Assembly (NCBI RefSeq): GCF_009914755.1
Contig: NC_060941.1
Length of the DNA stretch: 64,000 bases
DNA from: the human T2T-CHM13v2.0 reference genome, Homo sapiens
Strand: one strand, 5' to 3'
Under the pieces are notes generated by a model. It made no database searches, was not told the DNA's origin, and worked only from the letters and a program-made list of their open reading frames with translations. The position numbers and the translations under genes are program-made. Shown here piece after piece: positions 1 to 17,861 of the stretch. Within the stretch, counting starts at the first letter, position 1, and every line of letters starts with the position of its first letter.

Positions 1-1907
1 TCAAACCTGGGAGAGGGAACCTGACACTCCTCACCCCTACCCCAAAAAGGGGCAAAGGGGACCCCGGAATCTTGGACAAAAACCTCAGTGTTCAGGTGTC
101 AGGTTGGGCCTGGAGTTCTGGTCCATCCACAGACCCATCACCCTCAGAACTGAAAATGGTCTTCAAGGTCACCAAAGGCTATTAATACCCCAACTGGAGA
201 GAGCGAAAGCCTTATCCAGGTTAAGCAGCACAAAAGTGAGAGAGCAGAGACTCGAGCCAGCTCTAACTCCCAAGCCAGGATTCACACCGACTCTCGTAGT
301 AGAGTCTCTGAGAACTCTTCACTCTCTGCCCCCATCGTGTGTGCATGCACACACACCCCTTTCTCATTGGCTCACTGCCCCCCACCAAGTTCCCCATTCC
401 AGGAGGTGTCAGGGCGGGATTATACACAAGCCCAGCACTGCAGACCTGGGGATCTGCATGGGCTGAGAAGCTGCAGGAAGTTGCTGACCAACGCGCCAAA
501 CTGCTCAGCCAACTCCATAGATCACGCACCTGCTGTGTGTACAGCTCTCGGGGGCTGGGGGTGAAGAGGGAGATGATGACATAGTCTCTGACCTTAGAAG
601 AACTTATCATTTGACCCTGGAGGGAAAACTAATGCTGGAAAATACAGAACCTGGCTAGAAACCCTGGGGTGCTGGGCTTGCCTGCCATGCCCACACCACA
701 GGAGGCAGCTGGGGTAGGCATTGCCCCGCTGAGCCTCAGCAGTAGAGGAGGGGGCTGCCCTCCTGGCCTTGATCCCTGAAAGGGTCCTAGCAGAGAGAGG
801 CACCAGCAGGGCCTCAGAGGATCTGAGTTGACAGAGGAGGAGGAGGAGGCGTTTCCTGTGCACCAGTGATGCACACCTGCCCCAAGGTGGCCAAGAGCCA
901 GGACCACTAAGCCTGGTGAGCACAGAGAAGCCCAGTGGGCATCCTCCAGGCAGAGGATTCCTCCCCACACCCTGCCTCCTTCCTCCCTCCTTCGTACTGC
1001 CCATGTCAAGCATGAGGCATGAGATCATGGCATACCTGAGGCAGCCGGGAAACACCATTGGCCAATGCCACGCCTTGACTTGCAGTGATTCTCCAACCAG
1101 ACAGATCGTCAGAGTCCCCATGAAGATTTGCAGCCCTGCTCCAACTCCCGCATCAGCACCGCTCAGGACAAGCCTGCTGGTGGGGCTGTTTTACAAGCTC
1201 CCCAGCCAACTCAGACTGGGAAGGCAGGAGGCAGCTTGGGGGCTAAGGAGGGGGGCAGAGAAGCTGAGGGGAGAGAGGGGGCTGCTGCAGGGCCCCCAGC
1301 CTCGGGTGGACAAGCCAGAGCCACAGGCTTCAGGGCAGGAGGAAGGAAAAGTAGAGCCCCACTGAGCCAGGACAGAGCAGCCTAGAATCGGGGCAAGCAG
1401 GGGCGAAATCTTGGGCAGGACATTCAGCCTCTCTGAGCCTCAGTTTCCTTCTCTGGGAAATGGGAATAACAGCCTTGCCTCACAGGCATATTAGGGGATT
1501 CGAGGCCAAATAAATAAAGCACCTGGAAAAGGCTGGTGGCTAGCGTTATGTTTATGAGCAGGTGTTTATAAAGTGCCTACTATGTGCCTGGCACTGTGCT
1601 GGGCACTCAGACTCAAAGAACAAGACAGAGAAGCCCTGGAGACACAGTCTTCTGGGGGAGAAGGTGGTAAAGACAATCCCAATACACTAATGTCAGGCCA
1701 CGATGGGGTACTGGGGCCCTGCAGAGAAACAGAGAGAGCAGGGTCCCTGGGGGAGAACAAATGTCCAGGCCCAGGCTCTGCCCCTGTGACGGCTCCCGGG
1801 ATCTGGGGAAATCTGTGAGTGCCAGGCCCACCTCTGGGGCTCCTATCCCCTCCTGCATGTTTGATGCCCCCCTTCTGAAGGTGGGGCTGTCATAGCCCTT
1901 CACAATC

Positions 1908-2831
1908 CAACCACAGATCTGCAGCTTCTGCCTTGATGATGGGGTGAAACATTCTGTGCATTGGGCAGGGTGGGTGTGGACGAACTGTGAGTCCCTCCAT
2001 GAGTCCCATAGCTGGGTCTCCAGTCCAGCCCAGGCACATGTCCTCAGCAGCCTGGGCCCACTTGGGGTGCCTGTTCTGCACAAACAAGGAGCCCGGACTC
2101 CTGTGTGAGTCTCAGGAAACCCACAAGAGGGGCTCCCATTGCCCCCACCCCAGGAATGTGAGCAGGAAGCTGGTGCCTCCAGGGAAGGCTGCGGACCCCA
2201 GGGGGTTGTGGGAGAAAGAGTGGGCCTCTCTCAGGGATGTTTCTTCAAATGGTCACTACAGCTCAGGGTGAGGACGGGCCTCTGTCCAGCTCAGTTATCC
2301 CCTCAGCTCTGTGCATGGGGGGAGACCTGCCTGGCTCTGTTCCCTCTGTTCCCCTCATCTCCCCAAAACCTGGGTTGCCACAAGAGACCCACACTGCATA
2401 AAGGCTGAGGGACTGTTTTCAGTCCCTCAGGTCCCCTCGGGGCAGGCACTATCTCTTGGGGTCAGGACCGGTGTCTCCTCCTTCCCCTGGCAGGATGTCC
2501 TGCAGGGAGATGGATGTAGTGGGGGACACTCATCTCCCCCTGGACATGCTACCAGGTCAGCCCCTGCAAGGGGGATCCAGAGGTAGGCTACCACTGGCAT
2601 GGACCTGGCCTGAGAATCATATGTGTGTGTCCATCACTCAAGACCAGGTGTGGCAGCTCCAAGGGCAACCACAGATCTGCAGCTTCTGCCTTGATGACAG
2701 GGTGGAACATTCTGTGCAGTGGGCAGGGAGTGTGTGGATGAACTGTGAGTCCCTCCATGAGTCCCATAGCTGGGTCCCCAGTCCACCCCAGGCACATGTC
2801 CCCAGCAGCCTGGGCCCACTTGGGGTGCCTG
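1908..2831 (+). repeat. Dispersed direct duplication of a 166-bp block (1908-2073 and 2666-2831)
   Basis: Both copies run caaccacagatctgcagcttctgccttgatga...cacttggggtgcctg with scattered substitutions; paired ORFs in the track mirror each other. Confidence 0.92.
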
Positions 2832-4364
2832 GACAGACAAAGCCGCTCAAGTCTCCCCACCATCCCCTGGCTCAGCTGTCTGGGCACACCGGGGGGCTCC
2901 CCCATTCTGGCATCCTGAGCCCCCCACCCACTCACTTTGTGGAGAAGGGTTTCTTCCCCAGCAGAGGGGCACAGTCTGGGGCCGTCTCTGGTCCTCCCCA
3001 CACTCTGACCCCTCCTCACTTGTCCCATCAGTAATTGTGGACCCCAGGATCTACAGAGGGGAGAGAGAGCCCTGCCTGGAACCTGAGGTGGGGCAGGAGG
3101 TGGGGCTGGGCTCCTCTTCCCGGCACGGAAGCGGGGCCCACTCCCCTCCCGTGCCTGTCTCCACTATTGACCCCCTAGGCTCCGGGACAAGGGCTGAGTC
3201 ACTGCTCCTTGGAGCCTCAGTGTCCCCATCCACACAACGAGGTGCCTTCCCCCAGGCCCTCCCTGCTTCCTGGGACTATTCAGATAAACGAAGTCACCCT
3301 CCGGAATGAGCCATCTGCAGCCCAGGGCTGGTTCTTCTGGTTGTGGCGGGATGTGTGGTGGGGGCCTGGTGCAAACAGTGCCTCCCTCCTGCCCTCCATG
3401 GCGCCACATTTGCTGCCAGACAACAGGGAGACGTCAGCCTCTGATGGAGCAGAGCCTGCCCTTGCTTTCAGTCGTGCAGATGCCGCTGCAGGTGCGAGTC
3501 CCCGACTCCAGGCAGCCATCTCCCCTGCAGAGAGAAACTCTCTCCCAGGATGTCTTAGCTCCAAGGTCCAGGGAGGGCCTGTGACCAGCCCAAAGTCACC
3601 CATACCCCAGTGGTCAGTACCCACCCCCATCCCTGGCCTCTGCCAGTCCCAAACCCCCACCAACCCAGGCTCAGAGGGCTCTGGTCACTCCCATTTTCCT
3701 CAGGCCTGGGCCCAACCCCCAGCCTCCAGGCACGAGGAGAGAGAGGGTGTTTGGGGGCCCTGGTCTGATTCCGCAGCAGCAGAGACACCGCAGGTCCAGC
3801 AGTGATGAGGTGGAGGCAACCTCCTCCTCCCACGAACCCCCTGCTTGAAGAAAACCAGGAAAGCAGGCCAACCCGCCTGGCAGTTTCCGGATTTACTAGA
3901 AGGAAGATTTCCAGGTGTCAGGCTCATCTCCCACAGACTGTTCCCCACAGCCACGTTTGCTGCCACCAGCAAGAGCTGGGGTTGGTCAGCTCAGAGGGTG
4001 CCGGGAGTGGCTGGAGCAGGACTGTTCCTTCTCATTTTCCCAGGAGGCAGTTTCTACCCTCCCTCACGCCACCCCTGTCCCTAGTGGGGAACCAAAGAGG
4101 ACCCAGACTGCCAGGGAGAGTGGCACTGCTCCCTGGGCACAGCCACCCCATCTGCAGTGCCCCCCCACTCCACCCCGTCCCCATCCCGAGCAACAGCTGA
4201 CCATGTGAGGAAGCATCCCTGAGAGAGGCCCCACCCTTTCTCCCACACCTGCCTGGGGTCCGTAGCCTTCCCTGAAAACGCCAGCCTCCCACTCACATTC
4301 CCAGGGCGGAGGCAATGGGGGCCTCTCTTGGGGATTTCCTGAGACTCACACAGGAGTCTGGGCC
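2090..4364. repeat. Inverted duplication of a ~190-bp block (2090-2278 and 4175-4364)
   Basis: gactcctgtgtgagtctcaggaaa...gggcctctctcagggatg on + at ~2097 recurs on - at ~4357. Confidence 0.9.
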
Positions 4365-4911
4365 CCAACCACCCAGCCTGCCTCCCCCACCCACCCTCCC
4401 TTTGTGCTTATCCCAGCCCTTGCCCACCTCCTGCCCCATCTAGGGGTAGGGCACGGCCCACAGGACCGGGAGGAACAACTGATTGAGTGAGTCATCTCTG
4501 AGGATTCAGGCTCCCACACCTGAGATCTTCCCATCCGTTTATGGATGAGAAAGCAAGGCTCAGTGAGGGGAAGTGACTGCCTAACTTCTCGAGGTCACAG
4601 AGCTACTCACAGGGCAAGCAGTGGCCACCTAGGACCGCACCTGATACACCAACTCCACCCCAGGTCTAGCGCAGCCTGGACCACCCCCTGAAAATCTCCA
4701 GCCCTTGGGAGAGGCAAGCACCCCCTTCCAAACTCTCCCCAGACTTACTCTTTATGCCGGTCTAAGCTGACCCCTGACCTGCCAATCAACAACGGTGGGT
4801 CTCCAAGCACCATCTCCCCTCACCCTCACTCCTTCCCATTTCACCCTTTTGTCCCTAGTCCCCACTTCAGGGGCCAGAACAAGGACACATTTCATAGCTG
4901 AGTCAACAAGC

Positions 4912-4917
4912 TTTATT
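4912..4917 (-). terminator. KRT17: KRT17 polyadenylation signal AATAAA
   Basis: tttatt on the + strand, ~130 nt past the stop codon. Confidence 0.85.
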
Positions 4918-5046
4918 GTCATCAGGCAAGGAAGCATGGGGAAGGGACTGAAGCAGGGGGCTGAGGCTGGAGAGGCCGGAGACTGTGGGGCAGATGGGGC
5001 GGCTGCCTCCCTGCCTCCTGGGTGGCCGGCCGGGGTAGCTGAGTCC

Positions 5047-10060
<5,014 letters not shown>

Positions 10061-11553
10061 GGCCACCAAGTGGGCGTAGCGATTACAACAGGCTTGCTCC
10101 TCTGTTTCCATTCCCCTGGGCTTTCATCACCACTGGCCACCTGCCAGCTCCCAGGTGGCTGGGGGCCCCCTCCCCGCCCATCATCAGGAATTTGCCTCAT
10201 TTCTCCAAATCCTCGTGCTGAGTGCCGTGCGTGTGCGTGCCTCTGGTCTCAGGCCCGTCACCTGTGATTCAGGCGGGCCCTCCAGCTATGCTTTCCCATG
10301 ACCTAATACGGAGAAGAGGAGAAGGCAGGACGTCACCGTCCCCAGGCCCTCCCAGGCAGCCACCACCCCAGCCTGGCCCGCCTCAACCCTGTCTGGTGGG
10401 GAAATGGGTTGCAGTGTCAGCTGACCCCCCCGCCAAAGTTGCTGTCTTTCACCCCACACTGCTCCACCCACGGTGCTGGCCCCGGGGCTGGGTGCTGAAG
10501 AGAAAGAGGAGACCGAGAGCCTATCCTGCCTTGGAAACTGAGCCCAAACCCACCAGGCCCACCTCACAGCATAGAAATGCCATCAAGCCTCGGAGACCAA
10601 CCCACATCACAGATAAAGAAATTGGGGCTCCAGAGGGGTGCCGTGTCCACACTGGCCCCTTCTGCAGAGCCTGACACCCAGGAATGCACTCTAGGGGCTA
10701 CAGTTCCATCCAGTCAGCTTCTGACCCTGCCCCATCCCTAGAAATCCTTGCTAACCCAGTCTCTTCGTGTAAACCTTTCCCCAGGTTTACACTCCAGGCT
10801 GGGGTGGGCAAACAGGGGCTCAGCTATAGGATGGGGAAATGGTGGGCTGTGCCAACTGAGAGGGGGATGCCCCCTTCCACTCCCCTCACCCTTCTGTACC
10901 CCAAGAGACCTCAGGGTCAGGTGACGGGTATTTATCTCAGGTCTCAGCCCACAGGAAACCTAAAGGACATTGCCCAAGAAGAGGCTCTTACAGAGACCCC
11001 AGCCAGCCCCCTTCCCACTCCAGGCTCCCCAAGATGTGGCTCCTCAGGTGGGCCATGTGCCCCACCCCACAGCCCCACCCTGCCCTGCCCACCACCCCAA
11101 GCCCGGCCCTGGGTCCCAGGGTCCCGCCAGGCCCGCTGGGTGGAATGTGGTCATGTTTCAGACTGCCGATGGCTTCCACTTCCCAGACAGGCCCAGACGG
11201 CCCCGCCAGCAGCCGAGAGACATTCCTCAATAGCCCAGTGGCTGCCAAGCCACCAAAGCAAACAGGATGCCCCCTACGCGTACACGCACAGCGGCCACCC
11301 CGCCCCACACACACCCCGAGCTGGGGCAGAGCCGGTCTGGTTTCCTGGGCTGGCTGCGTCACTGCCATGCCCTCTCACTCATCAATGCCATGGACCACTC
11401 CTTCAGAAGCCCCTCCCCACCAAGCCCCTCTCCTTCTGCTCTTGAACCCGCCCTGGGCTGAGGCAGGGAGTGCTCCCCAACAGGCACCATCCTTGGAAAG
11501 TCTGTGTGGCCCTCCCAGGGACCAGCCACAGGTGACAGGGACTCAGGGGCTGA

Positions 11554-11562
11554 TTCTTAGAA
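11554..11562. promoter_or_regulatory. GAS/STAT consensus site TTCTTAGAA ~1.5 kb upstream of KRT17
   Basis: Exact TTCN3GAA match. KRT17 is an established IFN-gamma/STAT-inducible keratin; function of this particular site is inferred. Confidence 0.55.
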
Positions 11563-11795
11563 ACTTTTCCCAATACAAGGGGCTGTCCCATCCCTCCACC
11601 CTTAATCTTTCCGCCTCCTCCCCTCTCATCTTTCCAGGAGCCCCAGGCCTGGATGGAGTGGGCAGAACAGATTGGCAGGTGACAAGCCCATACCCAAACA
11701 CTCAATAAACTCCACCTCCCCCAGTCCCTCAGCCCACACTGCCCCAAACCAATGAGCAGATCAGATCACACGAGGCATTGAACTTGGAGCAAAGC

Positions 11796-11801
11796 TTTAA
11801 T
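11796..11801 (-). terminator. KRT42P: KRT42P polyadenylation signal ATTAAA
   Basis: aagctttaat on + parallels the KRT17 context aagctttatt; ~190 nt after the exon 8 stop. Confidence 0.65.
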
Positions 11802-14800
11802 AGTAGGCACTGGACAAACCCAGGAGGCCTCCTCAGTGAGGGGCTGCAGAAAGTAGATACAGAAAGACAACAGGCCATGCACCGGGGCCCAGACGGACAC
11901 TCGGGGCGTGGCAGTAGCATGCTGGGAGCTGGAGCTGATGGCTGTGCCGTGGCCCTCGAGGTGGGGCTGTCGCAGACAGAAAGGGGTCTCAGTGGGTGGA
12001 GAAGTGGACCTGCTCACAGAAGAAGACCACCTCTCCAACCTGGACTTCCTCCACGATGGCACACCTGGTGGCTGGTCACTGTGGCTGCAGGCGATGGAGG
12101 AGGGAGGCACAGGGAACATCAGGCAGGAGCTCTTCCCCCCGCCTGCCCCCGCGTCTGTGGTCCCCCCAGTCTCCCACACAGAAGGGTCCTCAGCCTCTCC
12201 CCTGCCTTGGGGTCCACACCGCAGGACAGGGCAGCTTCTTACCTTCCCGGGTGGGCTGCGAGGCCAGGGACAAGGAGTACTGAGTGGCCAGCCTGCAGGG
12301 AGAGAAGCACCCATCAGCCCAGGGATGCCAGCCAGCCCAGGCACCTGCAAGCACTGCTGGGGAGAAGTAGGCCCTGGCAGAGGAGGTTCCCCTAAATTGG
12401 TGAAAAATCACAGTTGGGAATGCACAGAAATTAGCGCAGGCCCAAGAATGAAAGGGCAGGGGTTCAGCACAGCAGGAAGAAGAAAAAGAAACAGCACAGC
12501 AGTAGGTCTGGCGGCACTCTGTGGCTACTCACCAGGAATTTACAAGGAGAAGCTGAGCAAGTGGTTTTTCCATAACCCAGAGGGCCCAACAAATAGACCC
12601 AATTAAAGCAGGAGAGACTGTTGTTAGACTATAGATGGACTTCACCATTTCCGGGGAGCAAAAAGCTGCAACGTGTGACTAAGCATGGAGACTCCGGGAC
12701 ACTCTCAGCTGAAGGCCTGATCACCCTTCCCAACTGCAAACCCAACCACCACCCACCTTGCTCTTCACCACTCACACAGTCATCAGAACCAGAAACCCAG
12801 GGCCATCAATGCCTGCTCCTTCATGTGTTCTCCCGACACTTACTGAGTCCTGACTGTGAGCCATGCTTACCCCGAGATCCAGGCATCCAGTCCCGCTGTT
12901 TTGAGCTATAACCTCTCTTCTGCGTGCACCACCTTCCTTCCCCTGCCCCACTACCCACCACCGCACGGGACTTCTCTGGCCAGACTCCCTGCTCCAGCCC
13001 CCTGACACATCTCTCTGGCCCCGCCCTGACCCCTCTGATCCATTTCTCCCTCTGCAGCCAGAGTGAATGTTCTAAAATCTCTTGATGTTCATTTCACTCT
13101 CCTGCTCCAAATCCCTCCATGGCTCCCCATTGCCTACGTGATCTAGTCCAGACGCTTTAACTTGGCATTCAAGGCTCCTCAGCCAGACTCCAGCCTGCAT
13201 CGTCAGTATCACCTCCTGCAAACCCCAACAGGTTCCGACATTCACACCTCCTGAATTTCGCTGGTGCTCAGACACCAACTTCTCCCTGGGTGAAGCGGGC
13301 CCCCAGCCCACCCCAACAGGCACCCTGGTACACACTCACTGGGCGTCCTCAACCTCCAGCAAGCGGCGGTAGGTGGCGATCTCCTGCTCCAGCCACGTCT
13401 TCACGTCCAGAAGGACCTGTGCTTGTGGTCCTGGTGCTCCGTGTCGCAGCAGAGCTCGCACAGCTGCTGCTCCATGCTTCTGTTAAGCCCCTGCAGCTGG
13501 GCCGGCAGGGTCCTGTAACACACCTCCATCTCCACCAGGCTGCCCTCCAGCGATGCTTTCTGTGGGCCAAGAGATAGGTGGTGTGATGAGCTGGACCTGG
13601 GACCCTTCCCCATGGCAGAGCACTAGAGAGGAGCCCCTCCTGTATGGGGCTGTGGGTGCTGCCAGCACAATGAGGTGGTAGTGCACCCAGCCACTGAGTG
13701 TGAAGGGACAGGCTGGGTGGGGACTCTGGTTCCCCAAGCAGGGGTCTACAAGGCTGGGCTCACCCTGGGGTGACAGGTACAGGGTGGGGAGGGGACAGAG
13801 ACCCTACCTTGCTGAGCTGGGACGGCTCAGGTTCTGCACAGAGACGTAGAGCTCCATATCTCTATCCAGCCACTCTGCAGGGCCTCTGTGTTGGTGGCCA
13901 CCTCGCAGTTCAGCCCCTCTTTCTGGAAGGCAGAGTGGGCCACAGGGGTTTATGGAGACTTTCAGAAGCGGGGCACAGGAAAGGGCTGCTCCTGAACCCT
14001 CACCTCCCAGAACCATCCCCTAGCCCCTCCCTGGCCTCTATGGGGCCCCAAAGGCACCTGCACACAGAGAGCCTCTGCACCCACATTGGAACTTGGAGGA
14101 ATTCAGCCTGCTCTGCGGTCATTTGCATTTCTTTTTCCTACTGAACTGCAGCACCTCAAAGACAGGCACTGGGTGTTATTCTTTTGCGCCTGTTGCTGTC
14201 CCTAGGATACCGGAGATACTCAGCCTGTGCTTGCCAAGGGTATACATATGTATTCAAATACGCACATCCTGTAAACAGCTGTGGTGGAAACCCAAGACCA
14301 GACTTGTAGAGACCTGGATCTATTTTGCAGGCCACAGTGAAGGGCTGTGTGAGCTTGAGTCCTCTCTGAGCCTCACGTTTTACATCTAAAACATGAGGGG
14401 CTGGTCCAACTGGTTTCCAAAAGTCCTTCCAACTGGGACAGGCTGTGGATCTGCCAGTGCTCCAGCTGCACCAGCATGCAGCACATGTGCCCACACGTGT
14501 ACACACCTGCTTACGCACGGCCACCCACCATGCTGAAGAACCAGCCCTCGGCATCCTTGCAGCTCTTCTCCACCAATGTCTTGTCCTGGTCACGCATCTC
14601 ATTCAGGATGCAGCTCAGGTTCACTCCAGGCACAGTGTCCATCTTCACACTGACATCCTCATCCACCTGACCTCAAAGGACGTTCATTTCCTGGGCAGAG
14701 AGGACAGCAGAAGCTCACCCAAGGCCATCCTGGAGAAAGACCCTGGGGCCTGCCTTCTTTCCCTCGGAGAGACAGGTACAGATGACAGACAGACAGACAC

Positions 14801-16170
14801 AGATAGGCCAACAGCTCCTCACCCTGAAGGTGGAGGTGGATGTTGTCATTTCTCAAACATACAGGGCTGTGAATATTAGCAACCTCCCCCAACACACACC
14901 GTGACGCGGGACTGGAATTCACCCATCCCCAACAAGTGCTAAGCCCCGAGAGATGACAACCCCCCAGCACGGTGGAGGATGACCACGGGCGACCTCACTC
15001 ACTGCCCTGACCTTGCCCCCACCACTGCCTTGCCCCCACCACCAAGCCCACAGCACAGGCATGCAGAAAGCAACCCTACGCTGTGTCACTGCGCCAGGCC
15101 CCGTTAGCAAATGTTAATCTGCTGGAGGAAAGCAATTGTATAACCAGCCTCAAAGCCAGGGGGAAACACCTTCCGGGTGTCCTGCTTCTCGGGGAGTAGG
15201 CTCCCCCAGCTCAGAGCAGCACAGAGCTCGGCTGAGAAGGAAGACACAGGACAGGGCATGTAAGGCCTCCTGACTGCCCCACAGGACCTTGGATCTCTAT
15301 CCTTGGGTTGAGCTTTGGAGTCCCTGCGACCTAGAGCCTTCTGGAAAGGAGAGGCAGGAGAGGGGGCAGAGAGGTGGGGTGGATACGAGTCCAACAGACC
15401 TGAAGGAGGGTCCCTGTGCAGCCATAGATAAATCCCTTAACCTCTCTGAGCCTCCGTTTCTTCAAAGGTCAAAAGGAAGTAAGAGTATCTTTCTCCCAGC
15501 TGTTGTATCAGCTGAGATAATGGCTGTGAGTCACTTGTAGTGCTGGGCAGAAGTTCCTTGTTTTAATGACTATCACTATTATAATTAATTATAACAAGCA
15601 TTGTGTTAATTATAATTAGCATTGTGTGTTCTTAAACTGAGTTACTCATTAGTTAGTTAACTGCAGTGAGCTGAGCCTCAAGGGACAAATGAAGTCTATT
15701 TGGGACGAGGGGCTCCTCCAGGCCTCACGCAGTGTCCTCTGAGGGTCAGGGCTAGTCATCCATAAAAGACGGGAACTGGACTGAAAGCACAGCCCAGCCC
15801 AGGGAGGTTCTGGGCCCCAGCCTCGCTTGCTTCCAGGTGAATTTCTGCTGCGTTCCCTGAGCTGACCTCACCTGCTTGTGGTTCTTCTTCAGGTAGACCA
15901 GGTCCTCCTTGAGGTTCTCAATCTGCATCTCCAGGTTGGCCCCGGCCAGGGTCAGCTTGTCCAGCCCCTGGGGCAGCTCCAGAGACCCAGCCTCACTTGG
16001 TGCAGAGGTCATCGGCAGCCAGGTGGGCATCATCCACCTGTAGCCAGCACGAAGCTGGAATTACCAACCACAGCCACCAGGATCTGGGAGAGACGGGGTC
16101 TCCATGAGAAAATGCCCTTGGCAGCCTCCAGGAGACCCTCCAACACCCTTCTTGCAGGCTTTTCGGAAGT

Positions 16171-16367
16171 GAGCCAGGGTGAGGGTGATGAGAGTCCCCA
16201 TGGTCTTCTCTGAGCACCCCCTGGGAACTTCTGGGGAGCCAGGGTGAGGGTGATGAGAGTCCCCGTGGTCTTCTCTGAGCACCCTCCTGGGAATTTCTGG
16301 GGAGCCAGGGTGAGGGTGATGAGAGTCCCCGTGGTCTTCTCTGAGCACCCTCCTGGGAATTTCTGGG
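16171..16367. repeat. Minisatellite, 3 x 65-66 bp, in KRT42P intron 1
   Basis: Unit gagccagggtgagggtgatgagagtccccRtggtcttctctgagcaccc(t)cctgggaaYttctgg starts at 16171, 16236 and 16302. Confidence 0.95.
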
Positions 16368-17861
16368 ACCCAGCCAAGGCCCTCAGGGGGTTAAAGGATG
16401 ATGGGGGTAGGATGCCCAGGCATGGGTAAACATGGATGCCAGGAGAGAGACCCTTATGCAGCTGTCTCCCACCATGGGGGTCATGGCCTAAGCTGCCTAG
16501 GCCTCACTCCCTCTTCCCCAACTAAATTCACCTCTAGGCTCAGCTGCCACCTCCTCCAGAAAGCCCTCTTGGATTCCCTTTCTGCGTCTCTTTTCCAGAT
16601 CATACCTCCTCCCTTCTCCAGGTTGTGAATTTATACCTATTTCTATGACTTTTTTGGTTATTTCCTCCTCCACTGGACTCTGAGCTCCAGGGAGACAAGG
16701 CCATGTCTGTTTCATTCTCTTTGGAATCCCCAGCCCTGGGCACAGTGCCCTGGCCCAGAGTTGGCCCCAAGGGTTCGTTAGTTTAATTAAGTGATTTGTT
16801 AATTAATTAATGAGGTTATGACTGGCCTCACCTCAAACCCAGGGCAAAGCTTTCTTTTCCCACAAGGTCATCTGGGCGGTTCCAATGCAAACACGGAGGG
16901 AGGGGCCCAGAAGGAGCAGAAGGTTGGTTGTGATTACTGCCGCTGTCATTGGCATGGTTGGAAATGCCCAAGAGGGTTTCCAATTGAGGCCATGGGCATG
17001 CACCAAAGAGTGAGGCCCCTCCAGCCACCCAGAGGTTGAAACACTTGTGAAGGCGGCACATGAGCGTGTAGAATCTGGAATTTGCTGAGGCTCAGGGCTG
17101 ACTGCACATGACCTTAGAGGGATAAGCCCCAGGACACCCTAGTAGACCCTGCAGGCTCATCCTGTGCACCCCCTCCCAGACCCCACTCGAGGCCCTAAGT
17201 TCTGTGAAGTGACCCTGGGTCAAGCTGAGCTGAGGGCCAGTTTGTTCCCAGCACCCCCTCCTCTGCCTCAGTGGGCCCATCTGCATCCGGCAGAGACCCA
17301 CCCAGCCCCCATCTCCTTGCTCGGGAGGCTTTGGGGGCACAGCGAGGGTCGGCTGTGAAAACACGGAGAGAATGCGTGTAGGGTGACTCGAGGCACAGCC
17401 CTGGTGCGTGCTGCGCGGCGGGGTTGGTGATGAGGTGCTGGCTGATCCCAAAGATCAGGAGCACTGACTCACCAGGGCTCCCCTGGGTTCCCCGCTGCCA
17501 GAACCAACCCCAATATCTGATCTGGCACTGCCAGTATTTCTGCTTCCAAGGGGAGATTGCAGGAATTCCCGCCTAGTGGAGGTCCCGGGCAGGAGCAGAC
17601 AAAGCCCCTCGTAGGCAGCACCAGGCCTGGCTCTCCACCCAGGAAACTGAGCAGGCCTAACCACCAGGGCCAGCTGGGCCTAACCTGACTCCCGCCTGCC
17701 TCCCCTGGCTCCCCTGGCCCCCCTGGCCACCATACTCATCACTTGCACTCCTCACCTGCCACTGGTGGCTTTGCTCTGTAGGACCCTCCAGGGCAGGGTT
17801 TGTGCAGAAGACAAAGTGGCCATGTTTACAGAATGCCAAAGCCATGTTCTTAGAGGTCATG

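Noticed and set aside
1-4800. KRT16 coding sequence
   Set aside because: No keratin exons are visible here; the neighbouring gene is expected outside the window.
16171-16367. Regularly spaced repeats as a CRISPR-like array
   Set aside because: There are no unique spacers and the context is eukaryotic; it is a minisatellite.
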